Shown here piece after piece: positions 1 through 9,362 of a stretch of 50,152 nucleotides of DNA; the first letter of the stretch is position 1; every line of letters begins with the position of its first letter. Both the position numbers and the translations under genes were made by a program. The notes below the pieces were generated by a model, which did not search any database, was not told the DNA's origin, and saw only the letters and a program-made list of their open reading frames with translations. This stretch comes from Actinomycetes bacterium (GTDB lineage Bacteria; Actinomycetota; Actinomycetes; S36-B12; UBA5976), in the NCBI GenBank assembly GCA_014190035.1, contig BJFU01000004.1, forward strand, positions 1-50,152, written 5' to 3'.

Positions 1-1
1 C

Positions 2-1654
2 GCTTGGATGAGACGCGGTTTACCAAATAATGCTTTTGATGGTCGTCCTCATATTGCAATAGCAAACACAGCTTCTGATCTTGCTCCATGTAATTCTCAT
101 TTAAATGAAGTTATGGAATATGTAAAAAATGGTATTTGGGAAGCAGGTGGTGTTCCTTTAAATATGCCAGCTGTTTCTTTAGGTGAGACTCAAGTTCGCC
201 CAACTGCAATGTTGTGGCGCAACATGTCTGCCATGGCAACAGAAGAATTACTTCGCGCAAATCCAATTGATGGTGTTGTGTTACTCGGTGGTTGTGACAA
301 AACAATTCCAGCACTATTAATGGCAGCAGCTTCAGTAGATTTACCAGCAATTGTGGTTCCAGGTGGACCAATGCTTACTGGAACTTACAAAGGAAAACCT
401 TTAGGTTGCGGTACAGATGTTTGGAAATTCAGCGAAGAATTACGTGCTGGAAAAATGAGTGAAGAAGATTTCCTCAAATCAGAACAATCAATGATTAGAA
501 GTCGTGGACATTGCAACACCATGGGAACAGCTTCCACAATGGGTTGTGTTGCTGAAGCTCTAGGAATGACAATTCCAGGAGTTGCTGGAACTCCAGCACC
601 AGATTCAAGATTGTTACAAATTGCACAAGAAACTGGCAGATTAATAGTGCAAATGATTAAAGATGATCGAAAACCAAGTGATGTTATGACCAAGGGTTCA
701 TTTATTAACGCCATCGTTGCTCTTGCTGGAATTGGTGGTTCCACCAATGCGGTAGTTCATTTACTAGCAATTGCGGGTCGTTTAGGGATTAAATTAACTT
801 TGGATGATTTCGACAAAATCGGATCAAATGTTCCTCTACTTGCAAATTTGCAACCTGCTGGAACTCATTTAATGGAAGATTTCTTTAGAGCAGGTGGCCT
901 TCTTGCCTTACTCAAAGAATTAAAAGATTTGATGGATCCAAAGGCAATCACTGTTACAGGCAAACCCTTAGTTGATTATTTAGATGATGCAGAAATCTTT
1001 GATGAAACAGTAATTAGTAACAGAAGTAATCCTTTGAAGGATTCTGCAGGAATTGCTGTATTAAAAGGAAACCTTGCTCCCCTAGGCGCGGTTATCAAAC
1101 CAGCAGCAGCAAGTAAAGAATTACTAAAACACAAAGGCAAAGCCTTAGTGTTTGATTCCATTGAAGATTTCCATGCACGAATTGATGATCCAAACTTAGA
1201 TGTTGATAAAGATTCAGTTTTAGTTTTAAGAGGATGTGGTCCTAAGGGATATCCGGGAATGCCTGAAGTTGCCAACATGCCAATGCCACAAAAACTTCTT
1301 TCTCAAGGCGTTAGAGACATGGTCAGAATTTGTGATGGACGTATGAGTGGCACTGCTTATGGCACAGTGATTTTGCATGTTGCCCCAGAAGCAGCAGCAT
1401 TTGGTCCTTTAGCTTTAATTCAAACAGGAGACGTTATTTCTCTTGATGTTGAGAAAAGAACCTTAAACGTAGAGCTAACTGATGAAGAATTAAAAAATAG
1501 AAAACCAAGTCAAAAGATGCTCGATTCGTTAGCAAAACCAGATCGTGGTTGGCAAAAGTTGTATGTAGAACATGTAAACCAAGCAGATACTGGTGCTGAT
1601 TTAGATTTCCTAGTGGGATCAAGTGGATCCCAGGTGTTGCGTGAATCGCACTAA
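2..1654 (+). CDS. IlvD/Edd-family dehydratase, sugar-acid (L-arabinonate/AraD-like) type; 5' end probably outside the window
   Basis: GGCDKT, GHCNTMGTASTM and CDGRMSGT motifs; frame is open to the window edge. Confidence 0.88.
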   Translation, partial: AWMRRGLPNNAFDGRPHIAIANTASDLAPCNSHLNEVMEYVKNGIWEAGGVPLNMPAVSLGETQVRPTAMLWRNMSAMATEELLRANPIDGVVLLGGCDKTIPALLMAAASVDLPAIVVPGGPMLTGTYKGKPLGCGTDVWKFSEELRAGKMSEEDFLKSEQSMIRSRGHCNTMGTASTMGCVAEALGMTIPGVAGTPAPDSRLLQIAQETGRLIVQMIKDDRKPSDVMTKGSFINAIVALAGIGGSTNAVVHLLAIAGRLGIKLTLDDFDKIGSNVPLLANLQPAGTHLMEDFFRAGGLLALLKELKDLMDPKAITVTGKPLVDYLDDAEIFDETVISNRSNPLKDSAGIAVLKGNLAPLGAVIKPAAASKELLKHKGKALVFDSIEDFHARIDDPNLDVDKDSVLVLRGCGPKGYPGMPEVANMPMPQKLLSQGVRDMVRICDGRMSGTAYGTVILHVAPEAAAFGPLALIQTGDVISLDVEKRTLNVELTDEELKNRKPSQKMLDSLAKPDRGWQKLYVEHVNQADTGADLDFLVGSSGSQVLRESH

Positions 1655-4421
1655 GAACGTCAACCAGTCTTTACTTGACGATTTAAAAAAAGTTCTGCCT
1701 GACCAAATTACTGATTCCCTCTTTGATCGAGTAAGTATTGCCAATGATGCTTCTCACTACTTATTAACACCCACCATGGTGGCAAAGCCAAAAACAGCTC
1801 AGCAGATGTCAGAGATATTTAAAATCACCCAAAAACATGATCTAGGCATAACTTTTCGATCAGGTGGTACTTCTTTAAGTGGACAATCTGTAACTGATTC
1901 TCTGCTTGTCGATACTAGAAAGAACTTTAAAGAAATTGAAGTTTTAGAAAATGGGCTCAAGGTAAGAGTTCAACCAGGTTTAACTGTTAATCGAGTAAAT
2001 GCCAGTTTAAGAAAATATGGTCGAAAATTAGGACCAGATCCAGCCAGTGAAATTGCCTGCACCATTGGTGGAGTAATTGCTAATAACTCAAGTGGGATGG
2101 CTTGTGGCACAGAATTCAATACCTACAAAACCATTTCTTCCCTGGTCTTTGTTTTGCCTTCCGGAACCCTGATTGATTCAAGTCAATCCGATGCTGATGA
2201 TCAGTTAAGAATTAAAGAACCAGAAATCTATGCAGGACTAATTGCTTTAAGAAAGAGAATCGTTGAAAAACCACAATTAGTGGAAAAAATAAAGAATGCC
2301 TACGCCATTAAAAACACTATGGGCTATGGCCTTAATTCATTTGTTGATTTTGAAAGACCCATAGATATTTTGACCCATTTAATTGTGGGCAGTGAAGGAA
2401 CACTTGCCTTTATTGCCGAAGCCACCTTTAATACCTTGCCCTTGTTATCAAAATCGGCCACCAGTTTGCTCATCTTTGATGAACTAGAACTTGCTACAAA
2501 GTCCCTTCCCACACTTAAAAACAGTGATGCTGCAGTAATTGAGCTTCTGGATATTTCTTCTCTCAAAGTTGCCCAAAGAGAACACATGGCTGACACTGTT
2601 TTAAAAGACTATGAGTTTAAAAATCATGCTGGACTGTTAATTGAATACCAAGCAGAAACTGAAACTCAACTTGATGCCTTAATAAATAATGCCCATCAAG
2701 TTTTTAAAGATCTTCCAATTAAAAGTGGTGAGTTAACAAAATCAGCAGAAATTAGAAATGAACTTTGGCATGCCCGCAAAGGTCTTTATGCCGCAGTTGC
2801 TGGCAACAGACCAAGTGGCACCACTGCCCTTTTGGAAGATATTTCTGTGCCCATGAAACATTTGCATGAAACCACCACTGTTTTAAGTGAGTTATTAAAG
2901 AAGCATCGTTATTTAGATTCAGTGATCTTTGGTCATGCCAAGGATGGCAATCTTCACTTCCTTCTTAATGAAAAATTCCATGATCCATCTTCTTTGCAGC
3001 GTTACGAAGACTTCACCCAAGACATGGTGGAACTGGTTTTGTCCCATGAAGGTTCCCTAAAAGCAGAACATGGCACAGGTCGAATCATGGCTCCATATGT
3101 GAAAAGACAATTTGGCGAAGAGCTATATCAAGTAATGGTTGATTTAAAGAAACTTATTGATAAAAGAAACATCCTCAACCCTGGAATCATCATCAATGAA
3201 AATGCCAACATTCATATTGAGAACCTGAAAGTATCTCCAGTAATTGATCAAGAAGTTGATAAGTGCGTGGAATGTGGCTATTGCGAAACGGTTTGTCCAA
3301 GTAAAGATTTAACTCTGACTCCTCGACAAAGAATAACTATCCGAAGAGTTAAAAAAGATGCAGAAAAAAATAACGACCAAGAATTACTCGATGCCATTAA
3401 TGCTAATTACGACTACCAAGCAATTGATACTTGTGCAGTAGATGGCATGTGCGCCACAGCTTGTCCCGTACATATCAATACCGGTGATCTTGTGAAAAGA
3501 CTTAGAAGTGAACAACAAAGCTTTGTTTCTCAAAGTATTGGCTCATTGGCTGCGAGCAAGTGGTCAGCAGCAACTAATTTACTTTCTGGTGTTTTAACCA
3601 CTGCTAAAAATATGCCTGCCCCACTGGTGGAATCAGTAAACAAAGTACTTCGCTCCATTAGTGGTGAAAATTCCATGCCGATGTGGAATAAGACTTTGCC
3701 TATTGGTGGCAAAGAGCGCTCATCTTTGAAATCAAATAATCCTGATTTGGTTTACTTTCCATCTTGTGTTAATTCCCTATATGGAGAAAGTGATATTCAA
3801 AAGGCCTTCTTGAATTTATGTGAAAAAGCAGGATTAAACGTATTGATTCCTGAAGGAATTCAAGATCTTTGCTGTGGCACTCCCTGGGCATCAAAAGGAT
3901 TAACCCAAGGCTATGAAGTTATGGCGCTAAAAACTAAAAAGGAAATCATGCGCCAAGTTACTAAAGAGAATTTGGTCGTAGTTTCTGATGCCACTTCCTG
4001 CACACATGGCTTAACCCAGATATTTGGGGAAACCCAAATCCCTGTTGTGGATGTTTTGCAATTTGTGAACGAGAGAATTCTTCCTAACTTGAAAATAAAA
4101 ACCAAGCTTTCCTCTTTGGCTCTTCATCCCACCTGTTCGGGGGTAGAACTAGGGATTAATAAACACATGACTTCATTAGCTGAAGCAATAAGTGAACAAG
4201 TAATAGTGCCCCTTGATTGGTCTTGCTGTGGTTTTGCCGGAGATCGAGGATTGCTTCATCCAGAACTCACCAAATCCGCTACTAAAACCCAAGCCCAAGA
4301 ATTAAGTGGTCATAAATATGTGGCCTATGCCTCTAGTAATAGGCCTTGCCAAATTGGGTTAAGTATTGCCACCGGTCAAAACTATGTTCACTTAATTGAA
4401 CTAGTCGACCAAGTTTCTTAA
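1641..4421 (+). CDS. FAD-binding and Fe-S/CCG-domain 2-hydroxyacid dehydrogenase (Dld-II-like D-lactate/glycolate dehydrogenase)
   Basis: FRSGGTSLSGQ, GSEGTL, AEHGTGR FAD-oxidase motifs; CVECGYCETVCP and CAVDGMCATACP Fe-S motifs; two CCG motifs. GTG at 1641 chosen as start, overlapping the upstream stop. Confidence 0.85.
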   Translation: MNRTKNVNQSLLDDLKKVLPDQITDSLFDRVSIANDASHYLLTPTMVAKPKTAQQMSEIFKITQKHDLGITFRSGGTSLSGQSVTDSLLVDTRKNFKEIEVLENGLKVRVQPGLTVNRVNASLRKYGRKLGPDPASEIACTIGGVIANNSSGMACGTEFNTYKTISSLVFVLPSGTLIDSSQSDADDQLRIKEPEIYAGLIALRKRIVEKPQLVEKIKNAYAIKNTMGYGLNSFVDFERPIDILTHLIVGSEGTLAFIAEATFNTLPLLSKSATSLLIFDELELATKSLPTLKNSDAAVIELLDISSLKVAQREHMADTVLKDYEFKNHAGLLIEYQAETETQLDALINNAHQVFKDLPIKSGELTKSAEIRNELWHARKGLYAAVAGNRPSGTTALLEDISVPMKHLHETTTVLSELLKKHRYLDSVIFGHAKDGNLHFLLNEKFHDPSSLQRYEDFTQDMVELVLSHEGSLKAEHGTGRIMAPYVKRQFGEELYQVMVDLKKLIDKRNILNPGIIINENANIHIENLKVSPVIDQEVDKCVECGYCETVCPSKDLTLTPRQRITIRRVKKDAEKNNDQELLDAINANYDYQAIDTCAVDGMCATACPVHINTGDLVKRLRSEQQSFVSQSIGSLAASKWSAATNLLSGVLTTAKNMPAPLVESVNKVLRSISGENSMPMWNKTLPIGGKERSSLKSNNPDLVYFPSCVNSLYGESDIQKAFLNLCEKAGLNVLIPEGIQDLCCGTPWASKGLTQGYEVMALKTKKEIMRQVTKENLVVVSDATSCTHGLTQIFGETQIPVVDVLQFVNERILPNLKIKTKLSSLALHPTCSGVELGINKHMTSLAEAISEQVIVPLDWSCCGFAGDRGLLHPELTKSATKTQAQELSGHKYVAYASSNRPCQIGLSIATGQNYVHLIELVDQVS

Positions 4422-4449
4422 ATTCAAAGTTCACTAAACTAAAGCCTCC

Positions 4450-5742
4450 ATGTCTCAGCCTAAAAAACGCATCCGTATTGATATTTCTGCCTTAAGGGCA
4501 TCACGAGATTTTCGATTAGTTTTTTCAGCAGGAGTCATTTCCAATATCGGTTCCATGATGACCTATGTGGCAATGCCATTTCAGATCAAAGAATTAACCA
4601 ACTCCTACCTCTGGGTTGGGGCAGTGGGATTTGTGGAAACTGTGCCCCTAATAATTTTTGGTCTTTATGGCGGAGTACTTGCTGATGCTTTTGATCGCAA
4701 AAAAATGATTCTAATTTCAGAATTCGGGGCGATGCTGGTTTCTATCGGTTTGTTATTAAATGTGATCTCAGGTTTTAACTCCCCTGTTTTGATTCTGATT
4801 CTGGCCATGATTTTTGCTGCCACCGATGGCATCTTTCGACCAGCAGTAGATGCCATGATTCCCCAAGTTGTGCCTTATCAAAAACTTCCTTCTGCTGGAG
4901 CCCTAAATTCTTTGCGCCATCAAACCTCTTCCATTGCCGGTCCCATGATCGGAGGCATCATTTTGGCATCCGGTGGAATTGCTTTTGCTTATTCTTTGGA
5001 TGTTTTATCTTTTGTAGTTTCTTTATTTTTATTAATCAGAATAAATTCTGCCAAACCAATTCACGGTGCTGAAAAACCATCACTTCATCGAATCAAAGAA
5101 GGCATCAAATATGCCTTATCCCGTAAGGATTTATTGGGCACCTACCTAGTTGATCTTTCTGCCATGTTCTTTGCTTTTCCATATGCCTTGTTTCCATTCG
5201 TAGCAGATGAATTAGGTGGTGCCTGGACTCTTGGTTTTCTCTACGCTGCCATCCCAGCTGGTGCATTAATTGCCACATTGACAAGTGGTTGGTCCAATCA
5301 TGTATCTCGACATGGACGAATCATTGCCTTTGCTGCTGCAGGTTGGGGTTTTGGAATTGTGTTGTTTGGTTTAGTGCACTCTTTGTTTTTTGCAATCATT
5401 GGTTTGATGATCGCTGGCTTCTTTGATCAAATCTCAGCCATATTTAGAGGTCTTATTTGGAACCAATCAATACCTGATCACCTGCGAGGACGCCTTGCCT
5501 CGATTGAAATGTTGAGCTATTCGGTTGGACCGCAGATGGGACAGGTGCGAGGTGCACTTTTTGCACGCGCTTTTGGACTGGAATTCTCATTAATTTCCGG
5601 TGGAATATTAACAATTATTGCATCTGCATTAGTTAGCGGAATGTTAAAAGATTTCTATAAATATGATGTAAATACCAATGTTTTTGCAAAAAAATTAAAA
5701 GATTTTCGTGAAAAAAATGCAAAAATTGACCACAATATATAG
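4450..5742 (+). CDS. MFS transporter (EntS/DHA3-like)
   Basis: About 12 hydrophobic segments; motif A GVLADAFDRKK; C-terminal PDHLRGR. Confidence 0.85.
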   Translation: MSQPKKRIRIDISALRASRDFRLVFSAGVISNIGSMMTYVAMPFQIKELTNSYLWVGAVGFVETVPLIIFGLYGGVLADAFDRKKMILISEFGAMLVSIGLLLNVISGFNSPVLILILAMIFAATDGIFRPAVDAMIPQVVPYQKLPSAGALNSLRHQTSSIAGPMIGGIILASGGIAFAYSLDVLSFVVSLFLLIRINSAKPIHGAEKPSLHRIKEGIKYALSRKDLLGTYLVDLSAMFFAFPYALFPFVADELGGAWTLGFLYAAIPAGALIATLTSGWSNHVSRHGRIIAFAAAGWGFGIVLFGLVHSLFFAIIGLMIAGFFDQISAIFRGLIWNQSIPDHLRGRLASIEMLSYSVGPQMGQVRGALFARAFGLEFSLISGGILTIIASALVSGMLKDFYKYDVNTNVFAKKLKDFREKNAKIDHNI

Positions 5743-5899
5743 CACTTTTTTCACACTTATATATTTAATGTGAATAATGTGACTTGGCAAAAACCCCCTC
5801 TGACCTGCGAAAATGCACCCTTTTTTCAATTATTTTTAATTAAATTATTAACAAAAAATTTGTGTTTAAAACATTAAAAATTAGTGAAAAAATAGTTGC

Positions 5900-5912
5900 G
5901 ACACGGCGTGTC
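5900..5912. promoter_or_regulatory. Inverted GACAC-ggc-GTGTC site upstream of the protamine-like gene (candidate WhiA-type site)
   Basis: GC-rich palindrome in a very AT-rich intergenic region; GACAC is the reported Streptomyces WhiA core. Confidence 0.4.
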
Positions 5913-6014
5913 AAAATACGCGCTACATAGTGACAATATGCATTTCTTCTGGAACGATTGTTCTTAACGTTCTTCTGTGATTTCCGGAACAGAAGACACT
6001 CGCCAGGAGGAATT

Positions 6015-6242
6015 GTGGCTAAAAGAAGAAAAAAAGCAGCAAAGAAAGCAGCACCAAAGCGCCGTCGTAAGAAGGCAGCAGCTGCACCAAAGCGCCGTCG
6101 TCGTAAAAAAGCAGCAAAAGCTGCTCCAAAGCGTCGTCGTCGTAAAAAAGCTGCAAAGAAAGCTGCACCAAAGCGCCGTCGTCGTAAAAAAGCAGCAAAA
6201 GCTGCTCCAAAGCGTCGTCGTCGTCGTAAAAAAGCTGCGTAA
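6015..6242 (+). CDS. 75-aa protamine/histone H1-like basic repeat protein
   Basis: AGGAGG at 6005-6010, GTG at 6015, repeats of PK-R(3-5)-KKAA(K/KK)AA, synonymous variation between repeats, own terminator downstream. Confidence 0.85.
   Translation: MAKRRKKAAKKAAPKRRRKKAAAAPKRRRRKKAAKAAPKRRRRKKAAKKAAPKRRRRKKAAKAAPKRRRRRKKAA
6081..6224 (+). repeat. Exact 63-bp duplication (6081-6143 and 6162-6224, period 81 bp) within a 33-42 bp coding tandem repeat
   Basis: GCTGCACCAAAGCGCCGTCGTCGTAAAAAAGCAGCAAAAGCTGCTCCAAAGCGTCGTCGTCGT occurs twice. Confidence 0.9.
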
Positions 6243-6260
6243 CCTTTACAGGTTTGCTAG

Positions 6261-6291
6261 AAAAACCCCGGTGCTTGCACCGGGGTTTTTT
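6261..6291. terminator. Bidirectional intrinsic terminator
   Basis: AAAAACCCCGGTGC-TT-GCACCGGGGTTTTTT between convergent genes. Confidence 0.9.
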
Positions 6292-6309
6292 ATATGTCTA
6301 TATAAATAG

Positions 6310-6558
6310 TTAAGAAATCCGGCGGCGATATATCGCCCAGATCCCACAAGCAATGGCAAAGACGCCCATCAGTCTGGCACCTATTCCAATTGAAAGACCG
6401 GCTAACCAGATTCCGGTGATTATCGCCAAAGAGCCAAAGAAGAAAGTCAAAATCCTGGCCCACATTTTCTTGCTAGCAAATGAGAAGGCAATGGCAATTG
6501 GACCGAATAAAAGTACTGACAAAAGTATCAGGCTCACAAGAAGCGCTAAAGATTCCAT
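6310..6558 (-). CDS. 82-aa small membrane protein (about 3 TM), unknown function
   Basis: MESLALLVSLILL... with three hydrophobic stretches and a basic C-terminus; fills the gap between terminator and protease. Confidence 0.65.
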   Translation of the reverse strand: MESLALLVSLILLSVLLFGPIAIAFSFASKKMWARILTFFFGSLAIITGIWLAGLSIGIGARLMGVFAIACGIWAIYRRRIS

Positions 6559-6577
6559 TAAAGTAGTCTTACAGCAG

Positions 6578-7633
6578 ATGAAAAAAATATCTAGTGCATT
6601 TATCGCAATTTTCACCTTATTTATAGGTCTTATTTCAACTCCCGCAAATGCTGTTGTTGGTGGAGCAGATGCCACAGGATCAGGCTTTGTGGTTGCAGTT
6701 CGCGTTGATTTGCCTGGAGATTTGCAAACTGCATGTACTGGTGGTTTATGGAAACCAAAGATAGTTGTCACTGCTGCTCACTGTGTTGTCGCTGAAGGAA
6801 CTTCCACGGTTGCCAATGCCTCCGAGGTTCATGTTTATGCCCAAGGAGCAAACGTTTCAGGAGCACGACCTGCAGCAAATACAACAGCAATTATTTTGAC
6901 TGGCGGATATTCCAATTCCAGCACCGGATTTGTGGAAGCAAATGATTTAGCGTTTCTGATTCTGGATAAAGAAATTGGCACTCCCCTGATCTCTCGTTTA
7001 GCTAGCGAATCCGAAGCTGCTGCTGCCACAGTCTTGGGTAAAAAAATGAACTTTTTTGGCTATGGCCAAACGGCAAAAGTAAGTGATGTTTCCTTGATCC
7101 CGCTAACTCTTTCCCAAACCCCATTTCAGTTCTTAGGTGGCAAGACTTATCTATATGGCAAATCAGCAACAGGAACAGGTGCTTGCTTTGGAGACAGTGG
7201 TGGTCCAGTTATTTTGCAAACCGAAACTGAAAACCTTTTAATTGGACCAGTTGCAGGAGGCAGTGGATCTCCTTGTTATCCAGAAATAAAAGAGCGTGCA
7301 GTGTTGGGACTAGTTGCCAGTAATTTCACAGCGCTAGTTAAAACTGCCCTTACAACCGCAGGTTATTCAGCAGATGAAGCCTTTACAACTCCTAGACCAA
7401 GTCTTAATAAGGGCACTTTCACTGCCAAAACTGTTCTTAAAAAGATCGGGGTTACTACCTCTGGTTCTACCAATGTCAGATTTGTGGGAGTAAAAGCAAA
7501 ACCTAAGAATGCTTGTGTTGCTACCGCAACTTCAGTAATAGTTAATGCCAAGGGAACTTGTACCTTGACCTTTACTGTTAAAAAATCAGGCAAAACTGCA
7601 AGGACTGCAAAAACAACTTTCGATATTGGCTAG
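6578..7633 (+). CDS. Secreted trypsin-like (S1) serine protease with a Lys-rich C-terminal domain
   Basis: Signal peptide ending ANA, mature VVGG start, TAAHC, NDLAFL, GDSGGP. Confidence 0.9.
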   Translation: MKKISSAFIAIFTLFIGLISTPANAVVGGADATGSGFVVAVRVDLPGDLQTACTGGLWKPKIVVTAAHCVVAEGTSTVANASEVHVYAQGANVSGARPAANTTAIILTGGYSNSSTGFVEANDLAFLILDKEIGTPLISRLASESEAAAATVLGKKMNFFGYGQTAKVSDVSLIPLTLSQTPFQFLGGKTYLYGKSATGTGACFGDSGGPVILQTETENLLIGPVAGGSGSPCYPEIKERAVLGLVASNFTALVKTALTTAGYSADEAFTTPRPSLNKGTFTAKTVLKKIGVTTSGSTNVRFVGVKAKPKNACVATATSVIVNAKGTCTLTFTVKKSGKTARTAKTTFDIG

Positions 7634-7645
7634 GTTTATTTTCCT

Positions 7646-8479
7646 ATGAGCACCACTTTTAAAACAGTTCCAGTAAATATCCCTCGTCCTGAATATGTGG
7701 GCAAGAAAGCCCCTACTGCCTATAAAGGAAGCGATGTTCAGACTTCTGAAGTAATAGAGAAAATGCGCATTGCAGGAACTATTGCAGCTGATGCCATGCA
7801 TTTAGCTGGATCTCAAATAAAAGATGGCATGACCACAGAAGATTTAGATGCGATCGTGCACGAATACATCTGCGATCAAGGCGCTTATCCTTCCACTCTT
7901 GGTTATCGAGGGTTTCCTAAATCTTTATGCACCTCAATTAATGAAGTAATTTGTCATGGAATTCCATCAGAGCAAATAATCAGAGAAGGAGACATCGTCA
8001 ATCTTGATGTCACTGCTTATAAAGATGGGGTTCATGGAGATACCAATTACACCTTCTTAGTAGGAGAGGTAAAAGAAGAAGTAAAACTTCTGGTGGAAAG
8101 AACTAAAGAAGCTCTAGATCGAGCAATCCAAGCCGTAACTCCGGGAAGACCAATCAATGTAATTGGTCGAGTAATTGAAAGTTATGCCAAAAGATTTAAC
8201 TACGGTGTGGTCAGAGATTTCACAGGCCATGGTGTGCACACCTCATTTCACTCAGGATTAGTTATTCCTCATTTTGATGATCCAACTGCCACTCAGTTAA
8301 TGCAAGAAGGAATGACTTTCACAATCGAGCCCATGCTTAATTTAGGAACCCATGATTACGACATCTTGGATGACACTTGGACTGTGTTAACAAAGGATAG
8401 AAAGATGTCTGCCCAGTTTGAGCACACGCTTGTGGTGACTAAAACTGGGGCAGACATTCTTACATTGCCTTCTAGTTAA
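7646..8479 (+). CDS. map: Type I methionine aminopeptidase
   Basis: [30 protein letters not shown] motifs. Confidence 0.96.
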   Translation: MSTTFKTVPVNIPRPEYVGKKAPTAYKGSDVQTSEVIEKMRIAGTIAADAMHLAGSQIKDGMTTEDLDAIVHEYICDQGAYPSTLGYRGFPKSLCTSINEVICHGIPSEQIIREGDIVNLDVTAYKDGVHGDTNYTFLVGEVKEEVKLLVERTKEALDRAIQAVTPGRPINVIGRVIESYAKRFNYGVVRDFTGHGVHTSFHSGLVIPHFDDPTATQLMQEGMTFTIEPMLNLGTHDYDILDDTWTVLTKDRKMSAQFEHTLVVTKTGADILTLPSS

Positions 8480-9305
8480 CGACTACTTCTCCCACTATTT
8501 TATTACCGATCTTGAAAATGATATTTCCGCCTTTCTTTAATTTCATTTTTGTTTTAACTGAAATATCACCTTTCTTATTTGCCTTCTCAGTCACTATCTT
8601 GGTCAATTTACCTGTTGCGGATTGATAGAAAACATCAATTTTTTTACCCTTCATCGCCGGTTCAAGATTAAGCTTGATTGATCTTGCCCCAGTAATAGTT
8701 TTAATGATTGTGGCTGTTGGTTCCTTTACGACTGGAATTGTGACAGGTGCTGCAACATTGGTACCACCTCTTGATGGCTCATTTGTAATTAGGAGATTTG
8801 CCAATTTCACGCATTCCACCCGATCACTTGCCCCACCTGCAAACTGTAAAACAACTGCCACTCTTGCTTTGCCTCTTTCAAATGCAGAAGAGGGACAAAG
8901 AGTTGCAAAATCTGAAGATCCGGTTGGTACATAAAGACTTGTAGCGTTATTCCAATCTTGATTTGGTCTCCAGCCGATTACTGCTGCATCTTTTACCAAC
9001 ATTGATGCATCTCCACAGGCAGATTCAGTCCATGAAGTTGTTGTCAAAGCTGATGTAAAATAGTTTGAACATCCAGAATTGGAATTCCAAACTGAATTTC
9101 CAAGCCAAAAACCCCAATAGGATCTAGGACCAGAATCTTTATATCCATCAATAGTGTCCACAAAACCACCAGGTGCAGAAACACTTGCAGCAATTGAAAG
9201 CGCTTCGGCTGCTGTTGGATAAAGTACTGTTTCCCCTGCTCGAGCGGGAGAGATGATTGCAGCACTAACGATAAGTGCAATTGCAGTTGTAAATATTTTT
9301 CTCAT
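8472..9305 (-). CDS. Secreted protein, putative cobalamin-binding (DUF4430/transcobalamin beta-domain- and SCO2322-like)
   Basis: Signal peptide ending ARA; [25 protein letters not shown] pattern; GGAGG RBS at 9313-9317; downstream of a cobalamin riboswitch. Family assignment is from motif recognition only. Confidence 0.65.
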   Translation of the reverse strand: MRKIFTTAIALIVSAAIISPARAGETVLYPTAAEALSIAASVSAPGGFVDTIDGYKDSGPRSYWGFWLGNSVWNSNSGCSNYFTSALTTTSWTESACGDASMLVKDAAVIGWRPNQDWNNATSLYVPTGSSDFATLCPSSAFERGKARVAVVLQFAGGASDRVECVKLANLLITNEPSRGGTNVAAPVTIPVVKEPTATIIKTITGARSIKLNLEPAMKGKKIDVFYQSATGKLTKIVTEKANKKGDISVKTKMKLKKGGNIIFKIGNKIVGEVVVN

Positions 9306-9362
9306 TTATTTTCCTCCGGTTAATGCCGAGTTTGGAGGAACGGAATTACACAAAAAGGCAAC

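Noticed and set aside
6015-6242. Tandem repeats as a possible CRISPR array
   Set aside because: No unique spacers, unit lengths are multiples of 3 with synonymous variation, and no cas genes are present.
5977-6309. 110-aa Q/V/K-rich ORF and the antisense 6019-6210 ORF
   Set aside because: Shadow frames of the repeat; the RBS and terminator fit only 6015-6242.
6353-6577. N-terminal extension of the protease ORF (and 6559-6771 extension of the opposite ORF)
   Set aside because: The signal peptide begins at ATG 6578; the extensions are antisense read-through of the neighbouring gene.
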